DNA of 64,000 nt, from assembly GCA_003528115.1 (NCBI GenBank), contig DOGZ01000004.1:572-64571 (forward strand). Reading direction: 5' to 3'. The stretch is from Candidatus Omnitrophota bacterium. Its GTDB lineage: Bacteria; Omnitrophota; Gorgyraeia; Zapsychrales; Zapsychraceae. The notes under the pieces are model-generated. The model made no database searches and had not been told where the DNA came from. It saw only the letters and a program-made list of their open reading frames with translations. Made by a program: the position numbers and the translations under genes. Shown here in pieces: positions 61,189 to 64,000 of this stretch; the first letter of the stretch is position 1; every line of letters begins with the position of its first letter.

Positions 61189-62091
61189 ATGCTTTTAGCG
61201 TGGTGGAACAGATTTTGGTTTGAACCTAGGCCGACCTATGTGCTGGGCGTTTTTCGCACGGCGCTCGGGATCCTTGTTTTAAGTATTCTTCTTTGCAGTT
61301 TCCCCAACTGGGAACGGTTTTACGGACCGCACGGCCTTTATCCTTTTGCTGAATTAAACGGAATAGAAAAGTTAAATTTATTCGCCATTTCTTTAGAACC
61401 TTGGTTTCTATGGGGCATTTATGGCATCGGGATCCTGGCATCAATAACTTTTATTCTTGGATTTCAGACGAGGATTTCAACGATTATTCTATTTATCGTC
61501 TACGCCTCAATGACGCATCGTAATTTTTTCCTGGTGAACGGCCAGGATCAAATTATTAAAATGCTTTTGTTCTTGAGTTCTTTTGCCCCCCTCGGAGATT
61601 GTTTGTCCTTAGATCGATGGTTAAAAACACAAGGAAAAAACTTAAAAGAAAGATTGTTGAATCCTATCCCGCGGGAACCCTGGGCCACGCGTTTGATGCA
61701 ACTGTCCGTACTGAATGTCTATATTCTTAGCCAACCGTTTAAAATTATAGAAGATCCCGCCTGGCGCGATGGATCCGCGATGTATCTGGTGGCTCTGTCG
61801 GAACGCTGGTTTCATTTTTCTCATATAACATTATTCCAGAATGAAACGTTAAGCATTCTCCTGACCTATAGCAGTTTACTGATCGAGATGACTTTCCCGA
61901 TTTTGGTCTGGTTCAACAAAACAAGGCCTTACAGTCTTATTGCGATGGCCTGCCTTCACTTGACCGGCATGATTATTTTAAGTCCGGCCATTCTCTTTTT
62001 TCAATTAAGTATGGTCATTGCTTTGATCCTTTTTATCCATCCGCACACCATCAATCAATGGACAGATCGAATGATTCGCCTTGGTAAATGA
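61189..62091 (+). CDS. HTTM-domain membrane protein (vitamin K-dependent gamma-carboxylase-like fold).
   Basis: N-terminal MLLAWWNRFWFEPRPTYVLGVFRTALGILVL, typical of bacterial HTTM proteins. About 6-8 TM segments over 300 aa. Confidence 0.55.
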   Translation: MLLAWWNRFWFEPRPTYVLGVFRTALGILVLSILLCSFPNWERFYGPHGLYPFAELNGIEKLNLFAISLEPWFLWGIYGIGILASITFILGFQTRISTIILFIVYASMTHRNFFLVNGQDQIIKMLLFLSSFAPLGDCLSLDRWLKTQGKNLKERLLNPIPREPWATRLMQLSVLNVYILSQPFKIIEDPAWRDGSAMYLVALSERWFHFSHITLFQNETLSILLTYSSLLIEMTFPILVWFNKTRPYSLIAMACLHLTGMIILSPAILFFQLSMVIALILFIHPHTINQWTDRMIRLGK

Positions 62092-62142
62092 TCGTCTATG
62101 CTCCGTGTTTAGGACGCAGGGGAACCGGCAACGTCTAAAATT

Positions 62143-63192
62143 ATGCCGAGTATGAATATAACTATGAACGAACCACAAATCTCAAACAAGGATACGCTAC
62201 CGCCGGTTAAGGCCGTCGGGCTGATTTCCGGCGGGCTGGATAGTATATTGGCGGCCAGGATTGTCAAAGACTTAGGCTTTGATGTTTATGGGGTTTATTT
62301 TGCCATGCCGTGGGGTTGTTGTGACAAGACCAAGGCCATTGAAGCGGCTATGAGTATCGGCATCAAATTCATCGTGCTTCAATTGGATGAACGCTATCTG
62401 GAAATCATCCGGAATCCCAAACACGGTTATGGCTCGGCCATAAATCCCTGTGTCGATTGCCGCATCCATATGTTTTCCAGGGCCGCGCAATATATGCGTC
62501 ATATCGGAGGCGCTTTTGTCTTTACGGGAGAGGTCTTAGGCCAAAGGCCCATGTCCCAATTGCGCAAGAGCCTGGTCCGGATTGAACAGGGGGCAGGGCT
62601 TGAAGGACGGTTACTCAGACCCTTATGCGCCCAGCTTTTAGAACCGACGATTCTTGAAAAAGAAGGTGTGATTGACCGGTCAAAACTCTTGAGATTATCC
62701 GGCCGCTCAAGGAAAGAACAATTCACCTTAGCTCAGACATTTCATCTTACGGCGTATAATCAGCCGGCGGGAGGATGTCTTTTGACGGACGTGAATTTTT
62801 CCCGCCGGATGAAAGACACTCTGGAACACGGCTACAGGAATTTCCGTGAGACCGTGGCTTTAAAATGGGGACGGCATTTCCGTATCAGTAAAGAGTTTAA
62901 AACGATCCTTGGCCGTGATGAAGAGGAAAATGAGTCTCTCATCCGTTATGCCCATATCGATGATTACATCATGCAACTGCCTGATCAGGCCGGCCCGACT
63001 CTGCTGTTAAAGGGACATCATCCTCCGGAAGATGCCCTGGGCGTTTCTGCCGGTCTTATCCAACGATTCTCCCGTTATAAAAATGAGGCCCCCCAAAATA
63101 TGGTTTATTGGCAGGTACGTAACAAAGAGGATCGCCGCTCCGTCACCGCCTTGAGCCTCACGGATCAACAATTAAAAGACATGAGCCTGTAA
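62143..63192 (+). CDS. PP-loop superfamily ATP pyrophosphatase, MnmA/ThiI-like putative tRNA sulfurtransferase.
   Basis: SGGLDS PP-loop in GLISGGLDSILAARIV, a downstream NPCVDCR Cys motif, and a FTGEVLGQRP block that parallels MnmA ATGHY. Confidence 0.5.
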   Translation: MPSMNITMNEPQISNKDTLPPVKAVGLISGGLDSILAARIVKDLGFDVYGVYFAMPWGCCDKTKAIEAAMSIGIKFIVLQLDERYLEIIRNPKHGYGSAINPCVDCRIHMFSRAAQYMRHIGGAFVFTGEVLGQRPMSQLRKSLVRIEQGAGLEGRLLRPLCAQLLEPTILEKEGVIDRSKLLRLSGRSRKEQFTLAQTFHLTAYNQPAGGCLLTDVNFSRRMKDTLEHGYRNFRETVALKWGRHFRISKEFKTILGRDEEENESLIRYAHIDDYIMQLPDQAGPTLLLKGHHPPEDALGVSAGLIQRFSRYKNEAPQNMVYWQVRNKEDRRSVTALSLTDQQLKDMSL

Positions 63193-63227
63193 AACGACAT
63201 ACCATACTTTAAAGGAATAACCAGACG

Positions 63228-64000
63228 ATGGATCTTTTATTACTCTCCCGAATCCAATTTGCCCTGACCATTGCCTTTCATTACATTTATCCGCCCTTAA
63301 GTATCGGATTGGGTGTGATTCTTGTCATTATGGAAGCGCTGTACCTCGTCACCAAGAAACCGTTGTATCTCACTATGGCCAAATTCTGGGCTAAAATATT
63401 CGGCTTAACCTTTGCCATAGGGGTAGCTACCGGCGTGATCATGGAGTTCGAGTTCGGCACCAATTGGGCCGCTTATTCCCGCTATGTCGGGGATGTCTTT
63501 GGCAGCGCCCTGGCCTCGGAAGGGATATTCGCCTTTTTTTTGGAGTCGGGGTTCCTGGCGTTGTTGCTGTTCGGGTGGGATAAAATCAGTCGCCCGATGC
63601 ACTTTTTCGCAACACTGATGGTTTGCCTGGGGGCCCATTTTAGCGCGATCTGGATTGTCGTTGCCAACTCCTGGATGCAGACGCCGTCCGGGTATCATAT
63701 CGTCGGCGAGGGAATGAAAGCCCGGGCCGAAATTGTCGATTTCTGGGCCATGGTTTTCAATCCGTCGTCCATGGAACGCTTAACGCATGTCCTCATGGGG
63801 TGCTGGCAGGCCGGGGCTTTTTTGGTCTTGAGCATCAGCGCGTATTATCTTCTCAAGAAACAGCACCTGGATTTTGCTCAATCTTCGATGAAGATCGCAT
63901 TAGGACTGGCTCTCGCGGCCTCGATCGGACAACTCATGAGCGGTCACCGGGGGGCCCTGGTGGTCCATCAGTACCAACCGGCCAAACTCGCGGCCTTTGA
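63228..64000 (+). CDS. cydA: Cytochrome bd ubiquinol/menaquinol oxidase subunit I. Only the 5' partial is present; the frame is open to the window end.
   Basis: The translation [32 protein letters not shown] ... [29 protein letters not shown] ... [19 protein letters not shown] is collinear with E. coli CydA. The frame is absent from the supplied ORF track, apparently because it has no in-window stop. Confidence 0.85.
   Translation, partial: MDLLLLSRIQFALTIAFHYIYPPLSIGLGVILVIMEALYLVTKKPLYLTMAKFWAKIFGLTFAIGVATGVIMEFEFGTNWAAYSRYVGDVFGSALASEGIFAFFLESGFLALLLFGWDKISRPMHFFATLMVCLGAHFSAIWIVVANSWMQTPSGYHIVGEGMKARAEIVDFWAMVFNPSSMERLTHVLMGCWQAGAFLVLSISAYYLLKKQHLDFAQSSMKIALGLALAASIGQLMSGHRGALVVHQYQPAKLAAF

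Overview
This 64 kb window is a gene-dense bacterial chromosomal segment. Most of it reads as housekeeping metabolism, and I see no transposase, integrase, CRISPR array, rRNA or convincing tRNA. Recognisable content, in order: an isocitrate-dehydrogenase-family gene; a terminator-bounded four-gene operon (SGNH hydrolase, polytopic membrane protein, Ste24-like M48 peptidase, divergent SelO/YdiU-family protein); a convergent 7Fe ferredoxin plus B12-binding radical SAM pair; MFS transporter; KtrB/KtrA potassium uptake; RadC; aconitase A, leuC, leuD, ilvD in a row; crcB with its DUF190 partner; aroC; SDR; Na/Pi cotransporter; MBL hydrolase; a redoxin-mntH-uspA-thiC cluster; a large unassigned protein divergent from a BioB-like radical SAM; two-subunit 2-oxoacid:ferredoxin oxidoreductase; trxB; a PAS-GAF-GGDEF protein with a degenerate VGDEF motif; a complete menaquinone operon (menG/ubiE-menF-menD-menB-menA-menC-menE) with a convergent hotdog thioesterase; peroxiredoxin and Fe/Mn SOD; a long class Ia nrdA with extra N-terminal ATP-cones plus nrdB; ilvBN on the minus strand; a PP-loop ATPase; and the 5' part of cydA running off the right edge (open frame, not in the supplied ORF track, probably because it has no in-window stop). 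The least conventional region is 58.5-62.1 kb. It holds two co-oriented signal-peptide genes of unknown function: one has a G10 homopolymer inside the CDS, the other ends in a ~50-residue poly-Pro/Gly tail encoded by a long (GGN)n/(CCN)n simple-sequence repeat. Next to them is an HTTM (vitamin-K-carboxylase-like) membrane protein translationally coupled to a small unknown membrane-anchored protein. All calls come from reading motifs in the translations and the DNA by eye; no database search was run.
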